Position numbers and translations under genes: made by a program. A stretch of DNA of 64,000 bases from Microthyrium microscopicum (Eukaryota): assembly GCA_010405405.1 (NCBI GenBank), contig MU004233.1, positions 2,520,539 to 2,584,538 on the forward strand, read 5' to 3'. Numbering within the stretch: the stretch's first letter is position 1; each line of letters begins with the position of its first letter. Below the pieces are notes generated by a model. That model was not told the DNA's origin. It ran no database searches and worked only from the letters and a program-made list of their open reading frames with translations. Shown piece by piece: positions 37,374 through 49,290 of the stretch.

Positions 37374-37865
37374 ATGGGTCGTTGGTCCCGCTATCTCGAT
37401 GACGACAATGACCGTCTCCCCGAAGGCATGAGACGAATCGGCTACGACGCAGACGCCGAAAAATACACCTTTGAAGACCGTGACGGCAGCATCTGGAGCG
37501 GAGCTGCCGGCGCCACCTATGGCGAACTACGACTCCTACACAAAGCCGCCCCACCCAAGAAGTCCTCGCATCTTAAGAAACATGCGTCCATCAGTCTACC
37601 CGCCTCACCCATTGACGAGAAGAAGAGACGCAAGGCACCAGCCGGCATCCACCCCGCCCATCGCTCGCATAGCACGCGGACGAAGAACGAAGCGGCCGCT
37701 CCACCGTATATGCCACCCAGTCGACGGTTCACGGACTTTGACCAGCTGCTCGGCAGCAAGAAGCCCAAGGAGGAGCCGGAAAGCGAAGGGTTACTGTCGG
37801 CGGTGAAGCGGTCGTTTTCGGTGCGCAAGACGGGGCCGCCTAAACCTCGTAGGGGGACTGTATGA
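37374..37865 (+). CDS. Small fungal protein with a MGRWS..DDD..RLPEGM.RIGYDAD N-terminal domain and a basic disordered tail
   Basis: 163-aa ORF in a good start context (cacaATGg). The N-terminus resembles the motif I recall at the start of many fungal CBM50/LysM-annotated proteins. No LysM domain is visible here. Confidence 0.75.
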   Translation: MGRWSRYLDDDNDRLPEGMRRIGYDADAEKYTFEDRDGSIWSGAAGATYGELRLLHKAAPPKKSSHLKKHASISLPASPIDEKKRRKAPAGIHPAHRSHSTRTKNEAAAPPYMPPSRRFTDFDQLLGSKKPKEEPESEGLLSAVKRSFSVRKTGPPKPRRGTV

Positions 37866-38472
37866 TTTGAGCATTTTGTTGACTTTTTCTGTTTTTCACT
37901 TCTAGAAAGCCGTTGTTTAGACTCGTCGCGGCCACGGGTGACGACTTTGCTTTACACGGTGGCCAACAAACAAGACTTCGGGGACGACGAGCGAGATTGT
38001 GGTGCTTTCCTTTTTGTTTTCTCAGCGGCTGCGTCACGATACCAACGATACCTTTTCTTTGTCAATGGGCGTTAGTTGAGCATGAGATAATAGGTGGATC
38101 TGGTATGGATATGTCCAGTTATCAGGTCTAATGATGGAAGCTTACGAAAATAGACCATAACGCTGTATTATACAAGGCATATGATCGGTACGAGGAGTAC
38201 TTCACGATGGCATGAACCATAGCATGTATGAGACTCGTCAATTTATACATTAGCATTGCATGCTCTATGAACATTGAGCTTTTATCAGCTTACTATCTAC
38301 GAAGGTTCATATTGACAGCTCACACTACTCCATAGCTCCAGCAGTTCCTACTATGCAAAGACTCTACGTGGTCTCCTAACCTGCCGCTACCATAATGGGA
38401 GGCATCTTCAGCCGCTATGTGCTCCTACTACTAGAAGTGGTGACAATGACCTTGGAGGTTGAAGAGGGCTTA

Positions 38473-38640
38473 CCGGATAGGTTCTTTAGGGTGCTTGTTG
38501 GTATGTATTTTGTAGCTACCCACTTGAGGTAATTAAGCAACCTATTATACATACCCTAGCGGATAGTATTAGTAGGGACAGTAGTACTAGCAGGCTTGGT
38601 AGTGCCTGGCCTTAGGGACGTTAAGAAAGTCATAACAGCC
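38473..38640 (-). repeat. RIP-mutated duplicate of the 38858-39025 segment of the mucin-like gene
   Basis: About 165-bp near-identical copy. Differences are mostly TG>TA and CA>TA, including CAG>TAG in the reading frame (RQG becomes R*G). Confidence 0.85.
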
Positions 38641-38697
38641 TATTGTGAGAATTAGATAGAAATAGTTTATGTTATTATTAGAGGGGGGCCATGCTAA

Positions 38698-40734
38698 CTA
38701 ATCACTATAGCGGTTTCCAGAATACAACCTCGCCGGCTTAATTGTCAATCGCTTTGGGGAGACTGACTCCAACTTCGAGGAACTAGCGACAGTCGTAACA
38801 ACAGGCTTGGTCGTAACTGGCCTGGATGTACTTGAGGCGGAAGTGACAGTGGAGTAACCGGATGGGTTCTTTAGGGTGCTTGTTGGTATGTATTTTGTGG
38901 CTACCCACTCGAGGTAATTAAGCAACCCATTATACATACCCTGGCGGTTAGTATTTGTAGGGACAGTAGTGCTGGCAGGCTTGGTAGTGCCTGGCCTTGC
39001 GGAAGTCGAGAAAGTCGTAACCGCCGCGGTGGTCATTGGCTTCGGGGAGACTGCGTTCGAGGGACTAGAGACAGTGGACACAGCGGGCTTGGTGGTCACT
39101 GGCTTCGGGGAAGCAGCCTTCGAGGGACTAGAGACAGTGGACACAGCGGGCTTGGTGGTCACTGCCTTCGGGGAAGCAGCATTCGAGGGACTAGAGACAG
39201 TGGACACAGCGGGCTTGGTAGTGCCTGGCCTGGATAGTCTTGTTGCGGAAGTGATAACGGGTTTGGAAGAGGCTGGCCTAGGAGAACTAGAAAGAGCAGT
39301 GAGAGCAGACGTCGTAGGAACTGGTTTCGTAGTAGCTGGCCTGGATGGTCTTGTTGCGGAAGTGATAACGGGTTTGGAAGAGGCTGGCCTAGGAGAACCA
39401 GAAAGAGCAGTGAGAGCAGACGTCGTAGGAACCGGTTTCGTAGTAACAGGCCTGGTTACTCTTGAAGCAGAAGTGATCATGGGCTTGGAAGAGGCTGGCC
39501 TAGGAGAACTAGAAAGAGCAGTGAGAGCAGACGTCGTAGGAACNNNNNNNNNNTTGGAAGAGGCTGGCCTAGGAGAACTAGAAAGAGCAGTGAGAGCAGA
39601 CGTCGTAGGAACCGGTTTCGTAGTAACAGGCCTGGTTACTCTTGAAGCAGAAGTGATCGTGGGCTTGGAAGAGGCTGGCCTAGGAGAACTGGAAATAGCA
39701 GTGAGAGCAGACGTCGTGGAAACTGCCTTTGTAGTACCTGGTCTGCTGCTGGCCAGTTTGGTATGCTCGACAGTCGTTGCTTTCATAGACATTGGAGCTG
39801 AGGGCTTGACTGTTGGCTGAACCGTTGGCTTTGCTGGTACTGGGGAGAGTGCTGGCCTTGGTATAGATAGCGGCCATCGAAAAGCTGGCAGCTTTGGAGA
39901 TGATGGCAGCTTCGGAAACCCTGGTACCGGCTTAGGAAGGACTAGCTTTGGAACTTCGGCATTTGGAAGTGGAAGATTGAATGCTGGCTGCATGTTGATG
40001 CCGATGGGAGGCTTTGGAAGACCTGGGGCGAAACTTGCTGGGTCAAAGAAGCCAGTGCTCTTATCAAACCATGAGACAGATTGGCCTGGAGCAAGTGGTA
40101 TATAGTTATCTGGGGCATAAGGTACAAAGTCAATCGTACCTGAGCCAGATGCTCCTATCGCCGGTTCTGCAGGTACGGCATTGGATGTGCCTACTTCTGG
40201 TCCTGCTGGTTCTACCGGCCCTTCTAGTTCTCCTGGCGTTGCTGGCTCTTCGGGTGGTGTATCTTCCATGGCTTCTGATGGCGAATTATCTGGCGGTGGA
40301 CCTGGTGGTGCTCCTACTGGTCCGCGTCTATCTTCTTTCTCTTTTTCCCATGTTATTACCAGTGGCTGAAGATAGGGTTGCTTGGGCTCCTTTTTATATT
40401 CGCTAGGTGGGTCATCGTCGTCCCAGTCCCGACGCCGCGCGGACCGCCATGTCGTTATGGTACCAGGCCATAATGGGTCATACGAGGTTCTAGAATATCC
40501 AGGAGTAGCCGGATTTCTTGGAATGGATGTGTAGGATGGTGTATATGTTGGTGTTGGCTTCTTGGTATGTTCCGTGGGGTAGACCCTTCCCTTTTGGGGA
40601 TAAGAGTAGACTGGTAGGACTAGTCCGACGATTGCAAGTATCTAAAATGGTTAGCATGTTTTCGTATTGAGCAGTGACTGATAGATGGATTCTGGTGAAA
40701 TAGGTAAAGAGTTTCTTACAAGGAGAAAGGCCAT
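38698..40734 (-). CDS. Secreted Pro/Ser/Thr-rich mucin-like repeat protein; 5-codon first exon; assembly gap inside the repeats
   Basis: ATG at 40734 (MAFLL), GTAAG..TAG intron, then ILAIVGLVLPVYS-YPQ (signal peptide). The frame stays open into the 523-aa ORF, which carries 37-aa and 21-aa repeats. Confidence 0.8.
39030..39730. repeat. Coding tandem repeats: 63-bp unit x about 3 and 111-bp unit x at least 4
   Basis: Units TTKPAVSTVSSPSNAASPKAV (21 aa) and PVPTTSALTALSSSPRPASSKPVITSATRPSRPATTK (37 aa). Confidence 0.92.
39544..39553. other. Assembly gap (10 N) within the 111-bp repeat array
   Basis: Run of n characters. Confidence 0.99.
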
Positions 40735-42063
40735 ATTTTGGGTAGTTGGGGTATTTTGGAAACCGATACTCAGGATGAAGGGAAGGGAATGAGCTGATTC
40801 TTTCCTTATGCGATCTTAGACAATGACAAGTCCGGCTGGCTCAGACTGTTGCTTCCAAAGACTCAAAATCTCGGAGTAAGGTACGAATGCTTTGGCATGG
40901 GAAGAAATAGAATTTGTATTGGGTTGGTTCAGATTGTCATACCTTAGAGCCTTCATTAGTCGTCTTCAACGTTATTGTTTGTAAACAGAGTTATGCAACC
41001 TTGCTTGTGAAAGTTAAACTTAATGGTTTCATACTGTACTAGTACTAGAAACTGACCAACATAACCTGCGACTCTACCATGATTGACAATGTCGGAATTT
41101 GGGTTGGACTCACCACAACAAGTGGATAACTCCTAGCATAGTAGGAAGAGTTCATGAGCCGCATAGTACTATTGATCTACTATGAGGTGTTAATTGACTA
41201 TAGCGTACCGTATTAGCAACGAGCTTTCTCAATCACAATGCTGATTAACTCTTTGTGGAACCTATGAGTATAAGGCTCCGACATTCGATCAACCTTATTC
41301 CAGACCAAGACAAGATGAAGATCGTCATATCTTGAATCTTTGGGCGCACTAATTTGAGCCAGGCAAACTCAGCGTTATAATTCCGAACCAAGACATCAGA
41401 AGTCTGGTAGGTACCTACCTACCTAAGGTAGGCACAATCCAAGTCTCCCATCGTATGAAGTAAACTCAATATCCACATCACTTGCTCATCCATATCGCCC
41501 TTACCTTAGGTAGGTACCTCCTAGATAGTATTGAGCAACAATAAACCATTATCATCGATCTGATCCTCCATAAACTGATGGATACTGTCCCGAAACACGG
41601 CTGACAACATCTGTATCTGTCCTTAACACTCTGCCTCCTTTTCCTTCTATCCATTTCCATCGTGGCTTTGGTTACACTAAGCCCCTCTTGCCTTTGGGCT
41701 GGGTTTCGGTCTCTTTTAAGGTAAGAAGAAGCTTCAACGACCACGCATAATGCGATTGGGACCGATAAGGGGCGCCTCCTTGAGAGGATATTGCTTCCTC
41801 GCGGTGAATATGCTCCCAGCATACTACGAGTGGAGTATGAGATGATATTATCAGCCCAAGACATTCTGCAGGGTCGGCAGCTGAAATCTTTGATAAGCTA
41901 AAGTTTGATAACCCCTTCGGCGTTTTATAAAGCGTACCATATAAATTCAAGCTCGTGATAGCCAACGTTACTTATAAAGGGATAGCTAATCCACTTCCCG
42001 TCGTTGTACCATAAGGAAATTATACGGAACTTAAGGAACCAAGCAGTTTTGAGGCTTAAATCT

Positions 42064-42102
42064 ATTATATAGCGCTAACGTAATCCATTAGCGCTATATA
42101 AT
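42064..42102. repeat. Perfect 15-bp inverted repeat with a 9-nt loop
   Basis: attatatagcgctaa-cgtaatcca-ttagcgctatataat. Confidence 0.9.
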
Positions 42103-42581
42103 TACCACCGATTGTTGAGTAACACCTTACCTGATCAAGCGACGGATCAGGTTCTTATTATTACGGATCCGGGTTGCCGACCCTCCAGAACTAGAAGTCA
42201 CATTACAAGTGGAAGAAGCAAGAACATTTTGTCTAGCAGCATTACTTCGCAGCTACATCATATATATCATATTACAACAACCGTCAATCCGGTAGCTTCA
42301 TCGCGGCTGTTCCTCTGCTCCACTCAATACTTGTCTAGGTTAATGGCCTGTGAGCATAAATGGAGTTGCTGCTGGGTTGTATTGTCGCCCTCTAGGCTTG
42401 TGGGCTGCTGTCAAGAGGCTGGATCGTGCTAACAAGGCTGAAGTCGTCGACCGGATTACATTTTGGCAATGTCTACTCGGTAGTGAAGGGAACATCAGCT
42501 ACAGGGCTGAGAATAGGTGAGCCATTGTTGCTAGGAGTAGAAGCTAGATGATTCAGTCACCAATAGGAGTAAGAGAAAAGA

Positions 42582-43094
42582 TTACTCACGCAACGGGTAG
42601 TACTGGGTATTGTGCAGCACCTCAGCAATGAGGCTCCGGTCCATAACATGATTGTCGAGGGTGAACTTTAAATAGCCCGCTAAGAGGTGACCGTCACTCT
42701 CTACTAGGCTGAGTCGTGCCGATAAATCTTCAACTAGTCCAGCCAAATCGTTATTTGTAACCGTGAGCGGAAGGTAATGTTGGTGGTAGAAATCCAACGC
42801 GTGTGTTTGTGCTTGTTTCATTCTCTTCTCTGCTTCTGCTGCACGGTCCTGATCTTTCTGCCGCTCAGCGAGCAGGCTTGCATATACTTGATTTTCTGCC
42901 TTCACAGTTTCAAGCGCTGCCTTCAGTGCGCTTAATTCGTCATTCCCTTGGTTATCGCCAGATCTTGAGTTGTTCACTTCAGCCATCTTCCTCCTTAACG
43001 TTTCGATGTCATGCTTCCTGACAGTCGTCACTTCAGCCTTAAAAGCTTCACTGTCTCTCCTCAAGTTCGCCTTTTCGGCTCGCGTTTGCTCCAT
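42582..43094 (-). CDS. Hypothetical coiled-coil protein; may splice further at a GTGAGT near 42588
   Basis: 170-aa ATG ORF rich in E/K/R/A/L heptads (ELSALKAALETVKAENQVYASLLAERQK). Confidence 0.55.
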   Translation of the reverse strand: MEQTRAEKANLRRDSEAFKAEVTTVRKHDIETLRRKMAEVNNSRSGDNQGNDELSALKAALETVKAENQVYASLLAERQKDQDRAAEAEKRMKQAQTHALDFYHQHYLPLTVTNNDLAGLVEDLSARLSLVESDGHLLAGYLKFTLDNHVMDRSLIAEVLHNTQYYPLRE

Positions 43095-46000
43095 ATTGAT
43101 GGTTTTGCTGGAAAAGAAGGGGCGACCTTGTATTTTTGGCTTGATATAAGAAGCAGCCCGGGCAGATCAGGATGATATAGGTAGGTCGGTCATCGCATCA
43201 GTTGATTGCTTCATTATGTTTGACTGATTGATTAATTGCTTCCTTGAGAGACCAGCATTGTTGTAACAACTGTTTGTTGACTGGACAAGGGCAAGCACTG
43301 AAGGTTTCCGGGTCAGAAAAGTTGATTAGAACCGGTTGTCAATGATCAGTAAAGGCTATATTGCATGCAGTCTTTTGGAGCCATCAGATATGTTAGGAGC
43401 CAGGAAGACTTTGGACCGTCAACACAAAAGCATGGCAGGAATGAGTTTTTGGTCTCCTCGGCGTGGAGCCGTAGAACACTCATTGTATTCGGTGGCAGCC
43501 GTAGCACCGGAGCAGAAACGCAGTCTACTAGAATTATCGATTGCGGTAGGAGCCACGATGTTTTGGTACAATCATCAAGAAATGTGATAACAAAGACAAT
43601 TCGACCTCTTCGGACCGAAGTGGTTCAACTCATACCATATTTGCTGGAAACATAGCTTCGCGCAACAAGTATGCGTATGTTATCTGATCCAGGGAGAGCT
43701 GCCATGAGAACAAATGCTTTATGTAAGCCAGGAGCAAAAATCAAGGATGCATGTAGCCCCCTCAAGAAATTGTCAAAATGGCTACAAATTTTGACATACC
43801 TAAGCACAGCTGACAAAAAACCCATATGAAAAGCAATGAAAAAAGGCAAAAAGTTCACCACACATCTAAGAGGAACTCTTAGACATATGGTTATGAAAAC
43901 TAGGCGAACTAATTTTACTACTGCTAGCGGGGTTCGAACGGGGTGGTTCAGAATTGCTCCTATCACTAGACTCGGGTTGGACTACTCCCTTTATTTACAC
44001 ATCGGGCTAGCGCCACCGTATCTTTCGAGATTCGATAGGATGGTTAACCGTCTTTTGCGACCATGTTTGACGAAATGTCGAAGGATAATTCCCGCTTTTG
44101 AGCATATATACTGCACAGTCCTGACATTCCATTGACAATCCAGATTTTTGCATTGCTGAGCAGGCCAGAGTAATAAAATTCGAGTCAAAGGTTTGATCCC
44201 ATCCAGAAAATAAATAAAATAAAATGAAATAAAATAGAAACCATAAAGTGAAGCTCGCAAGGGTTACAAGGCCAATTTTCTCAAAGTACCTTGGTTCACA
44301 AGGAAAGGATGGAGACTTTCTTGCACCAACAATGAGTGACTGCTCCTTGAAGACTTCTAGTGAACAGCGGGCTCATATATGAAAGATCCAATCGATGTCC
44401 AGAATCTAGATATGTAAAAGACGTGAACGAAATTCGAGATTTGTCTGCAGTTTCGTTTTTCCCAAATTCCTAGCTCTTATGAAACCCAAGACTTTCATTT
44501 GACTCGAAGGCTAGCAAACTTGTCTAAGAGTATACATGGACTTATACTAGATCTTTCCGAAGTTAAGAGTCTGCTGCCTCATGAAGAAGTGAGTTAGAAC
44601 GATCTGTTGAAGCAGTAACTTTACGGATCATGTTCGAACTGGCGCGGCACAAAGACCCATCTTAGCGATCTGCTTGCCTTGGTTACAAGATTTCTATGCT
44701 CGATTTGGAAGCCAGTAATGAAAGTGCCATCAACGTTGTGGCAGTATTTGATCGGCGACGGGTCGACAAAATGAAGGGCACGCTCCCATCAAGTGCGATG
44801 TCTGCCATCACACCTTATCAAGAGCTAATCTCCAATGCCAATCGTAGTCGATGTTTTTCAAGTAGTTCTACATACCCCATGGGAACTAAAGTAGTTCATA
44901 ATAGAGAAGTAGCGGACGGAAGCCCATAAAGTTGATGGGATGTCGTTAGATCTCGCGGAAGGAAAAAGCACGTGGAAGAGACTACCAGCACGTGTCTGAG
45001 CTGTTCGTGCTTGGTTGAAGCATCAATGTCGATCAAGAGACTGCCTTATCTTCCTATACAAAGAAGCAAGAGAACGTACCGCCTTTCCCAGAAGTTGGTT
45101 TGCAGATCAGGAAAGCAACGCGACCTCGCAAGTCAGGATGAAGTTGCGCAGCGCGCTCAAGTCCATGTTAAACTGCGCCTCTCACAACCACCTTCTCTCC
45201 TTTACCAAGCCATCTTGATCTCTCCCTTTGCCTCATATTCTTCATCCTAAACCAAATAATACTGTTCGTACGCCTTCTATCCTCTCCACCCCTTCGCCAC
45301 CTCTCCTCCCCATCACATCATAAACTCTCCGCCAGCACAACCTCCCAATCCCATCCAATTCGCCCAACCCAAAGCTCTCTCCAAGTCCCCTGTCAACCCG
45401 CCCCCCTGTCCAGCGCTTAAAGCACAACCCACCATTTCCACACGCTGATTCGCTCAAATCAAAGCTTGTCCCAGCCAGCGGCAGCGGCGCCGCGAACCGC
45501 TGACCATGCAGCCGGTAACGAGAGGTTATTCAACTCGTGTTTTGCGGCTGCTCCCACGGCGCCTGTGCGACAAAGAATTCTGTATGCTTTGATTCAAGAA
45601 GATAGGTAAAGCGACGCGTAAAGGACAGGAGATAGGAGAGTTGAGTGAATATGTATGCGGAATCTGGGGGCCAAAGAACATGAACATGCTAAAAGACTGC
45701 AAGGAGCGCGCGCTAATAGGCGCCTGCAGGATCTTAAAAGCAAAGTTCGTCAAGTTAAAGATGGTTAATTTGGGGACTTTGTTTCAAGCGTTGCGGCGCG
45801 GATGTTGTTGTACGACCGAAACATTGGAGAAAGCAAAAAGAAGAACCTGAGCAGGATCAGGACTCCCGATCGCCCATACACAACTTCCATTGTTGCGTGA
45901 TAGGTTCTATAAGCTTCGGCGTTGATGAGCGATGCAAGATACATCTTGGCATCTCGCAGATGAATAGGTATGCAAGCTGCAGAAAGCAAGAGAGCTTGGG

Positions 46001-47101
46001 GACCTGACTGCCCCCCCAAGCGTAAACTGTGCATATCGCGTTTTTACGCGATATCAAAAGCCATTCGAGTCAGCTGTTCCTGTAAGACAAGATTTTCACA
46101 AAAACGCTGTCGAACAGTGACCTCCTGGGCCGGCAAAAGTTGCTCGTGGGCTTGAAGGCGCGAAGCTAATTAGCACAAGCCATCGTGAACCACAAAAAAA
46201 GCAAGGTGTAGGCGAGTGTCAAATCTGAGACCCGCATGACTAGCTTCCACAAAAAAGTTGCTTAGCACCAAAGAGCACTCGGTTGGACTTGTTCGTGGAA
46301 ATGTAACCTTGAAATGCTGACAATTGCTTGGATGAGAGGAAGAAATTGAAGCAATTTGCCGGGACAAAATGACTGGCGCACTCCCATCAGCTTCGCTGGT
46401 TTCTAAATAGTGTTATACTTCCTATCGCATTCGATAAAATGTCCAGGTCTGAAGGTACTCAATGGCGAATAAAGCACTCCATAGCAAATAAAGCACTCCA
46501 TAGCAGATCGTGTTGTATGAAAGGCATTGCACTCAATGGGAGCAGACCAGTTATTTTTTCCATCAGTTGCTTCTCCGTTTCACGTATTAGGAGAGAATAT
46601 TGTTAAGAATATAAGCTGTATTAATGGTTGAAGCTATACCATATAATGTTGGAAAATGAATACTTCAAGCAAAAACCAGCCAGAACCAAAAACAAAACAA
46701 ATGAGCAAAAACAAGATGTATCCAACGCGCTTTCCGAACCATTACATATCGCAAACTATGCTGTATTGCTGTGAGAACGCCGTACGAGAGCCTTGTGCTA
46801 CATTGTGTAGGCAGAATAACTGTAAATTTGCGCGTCGCAAAAGATGCAGGAGATAAAAGTAAATGTCAACAAAGGAGATCCATATAACACCGATATTCCT
46901 TTTCCATCATTACAAGAGGTCGTGAAAGCCAACAATGTTTTCGCCTTGATGTGTCGCTTCGAGGAAATCGGTCCATCCTTTCTATATTTCGTTTCCGTCC
47001 CTGGATATTTGGAAATGTTGATTGAAGATGTATTGCGGGTGTTTAAAATGCAGGGGTATCTAGGAATAATGGCGTATTACATTCGATGTCGGAACGATAG
47101 T

Positions 47102-47914
47102 TTAATTGGGGTTGACGGTGTTGGTGAGGGTTGATGTGGGAGCCTCGATCTTCCTCTTCTTGTTGGCTGGGACGGGTTCCATGACTGGTGTGGATTTGTT
47201 GGGAACTCTGATGTAGCGTGTGATGGTTTGGCGCAGACCAACTGTTTTGGCGTCAAAGTCGCGATCTCGTGGAGAATATGTGACATTGAATGGAGAGACC
47301 ATGCCGCCAGCGCTGAGTGGAGAGGCGATTAATGGTGAGGTTAGGCCGGTTGGAGAGCAGAATTGAGGAGAGTAGGGGCTTTGTGGTATTTGTAGTCTCT
47401 TAAGTGATCGGGCTGATTGTGGACCTGGTGAGAACGGTGCTCCCATGGGAATGTTGATTACGGTTTTGCGCATATCTGCTGCTCCAAACTCTCCAGCGCA
47501 AGAGCTGGCGCGAGTTCGAGGACTGGCGGGACGTTTGGTGGTCTCTACAGGGGTCTCCTCTCTGTCCTGGTCATTTGAAGTGGCAGTCTCTGTTGTGCTG
47601 GTATCTGACATGTTGGAGGAGCCCGTAGAAGACACTGATTCCTTGGATGGGTGGGAAGACAAGGCTGGTCGCTCATTTGGAAATGAACGGAATGATGCTG
47701 ATGGTGGGGGACTAACGGGAGAAGTCATCTTTTGAAGAAAGTCCAGGTAGGCCGCCGGGGGAGTGATTGGTGTTTTTTGTATTTCTTCACGCTTGATAAA
47801 TGTTGGAGAAGTAATGACAGCTGGGCTCTGGATCTCTGAAGGAAATGTTGCTGAGAGAGGTGTCTCCAGGTTAGCCAGCCTGGCTGGTCTAGGTTTGGAT
47901 GAAACTTCGGCCAT
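47102..47914 (-). CDS. Ser/Pro/Thr-rich hypothetical protein with a C-terminal basic NLS-like motif (270 aa)
   Basis: ATG at 47914 (ttaccATGg). Motifs TPLSATFPSE..SP, KTPITPP.AYLDFL, SARSL.RLQIP.SP and P.NKKRK. Confidence 0.8.
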   Translation of the reverse strand: MAEVSSKPRPARLANLETPLSATFPSEIQSPAVITSPTFIKREEIQKTPITPPAAYLDFLQKMTSPVSPPPSASFRSFPNERPALSSHPSKESVSSTGSSNMSDTSTTETATSNDQDREETPVETTKRPASPRTRASSCAGEFGAADMRKTVINIPMGAPFSPGPQSARSLKRLQIPQSPYSPQFCSPTGLTSPLIASPLSAGGMVSPFNVTYSPRDRDFDAKTVGLRQTITRYIRVPNKSTPVMEPVPANKKRKIEAPTSTLTNTVNPN

Positions 47915-49290
47915 GGTAACAGCAAATTCTGTAGTACCAAGTAGAGATACCTGGAGGGTTACAGTAGTAAGCTGGATAAACGAAAGGAATGTAAGAGAAG
48001 AAGAGTTTGTTGAAAGATCCAAGGTCCAAGGAGCAGACAAGATGAAACTGGATTTGAAGATTGAGGACAAGGCTAGGTTTGAAGGAAAAGGGAGTTAAAT
48101 TGACTCAAAGCGGAAATGGACAGACAAGTCAGGGCAAATGCTGGGGGTACTCGCAGTAAAGAAATACGGTTAAGAGCGCCAACTCAAAGGATTCGTCAGG
48201 CTATTTTCAACCTCTCAACTGCAACCCGGGCTTGGTCTTGATGATTGGCTGTGCTGTGGGCGCTTAACTGACTGCTACCAAGCCTGTGATTCGCCCCAAC
48301 AACAAGGTGGCTCTGTGAGTGCAGATTCAACTCAGTTGTGCCGCTTCCCTCTGCAAGCCTTTATTCTCCGTTTGCAGGCAATTGGGTCCTTGGGCGGCCT
48401 AGTTTGCAGAGTGCGAGATCCGATTGGCCGATTGTGAGTGGGATGGCCGTGCTGTTGAATAATGTCCTGACCGCGGGATCAAAAGGCTTTTGAACAGACG
48501 CAGACAACAACAAAATAGCGGGGGATCGTCGACCCAGTTGCGTGGAAGTATCCTGTTGCGTAAGGCCTGGTGGTGATTAGGCACTTTGAATTGGGCAAGT
48601 TGAGCGGCGAAAAGAGAGATAATGTGATTGAGTGATGGTTTGATATTCAACAGTATTCAGCTCGTCTCAAGCAGTCCACTCGTGAAGTTTATACCTTCCA
48701 CACTGCTCGTCTTTCGCGCCCAGTAAATACATATTTGCCTACTTTGGGAAACATTTCTCTTCAGTCAGGATGTTTGGCCTGGTCAGCACCATTCATAGAC
48801 GTCTCGGTGCTGGCAACTGAGTATGGCGTCAATGGAAGCAGAGCGTCACGCTTTTGCCAACCTTTGCTATTTCCAAATAGCCGTCCATAATGATACCTCC
48901 CAGACTCCCAGTAAGGAGCCATTGGCAGGAAGCCGCAGAATAATGTGGGCGCAAACGTGGAAGCTCATTTTAAAAGCCCCTAAATTAACCGCCTTTATAT
49001 TTGCATCGAATCCTTCAAGGCCAAGCGCTAGGTCAGAAATAGATCCGTGACCTCGTCAAATGCAGGTACCAACCAGAAATAGAGACCAAATTTGCATTGA
49101 TTTTCAAGTTACTGAACAGCTGAATTTCTTGGGGGCCTCTTTATGGGCCTGGTCAATGTCAATGCCTGATCATTGACCGTCATGTGGATTTGTGGAACCA
49201 AGACGGCGTGGAAGCTTTTCGGGCGGCTTTGTCCAAGGCGGGGTCAGTTGAGAGGTCATGTTGCCATTCAATGCCTGCTTTCGAGTGCTT

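Noticed and set aside
39030..39730. Repeat array as a CRISPR-like locus
   Set aside because: Units are in-frame coding repeats without unique spacers, the genome is eukaryotic and there are no cas genes.
38969..39820. 283-aa plus-strand ORF
   Set aside because: Antisense shadow of the mucin repeats. The minus strand has the signal peptide and intron.
41405..41520. Imperfect inverted repeat of AGGTACCTACCT(A)AGGTA as a MITE
   Set aside because: Built from the common (TAGG/CCTA)n simple motif, also seen near 55690. No target-site duplication is evident.
43925..43990. GGTTCGAAC tRNA B-box-like motif
   Set aside because: No cloverleaf or acceptor stem could be folded on either strand.
46468..46505. 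19-bp direct duplication (similar 15-bp one near 17443-17472)
   Set aside because: Isolated intergenic slippage duplications with no sign of function.
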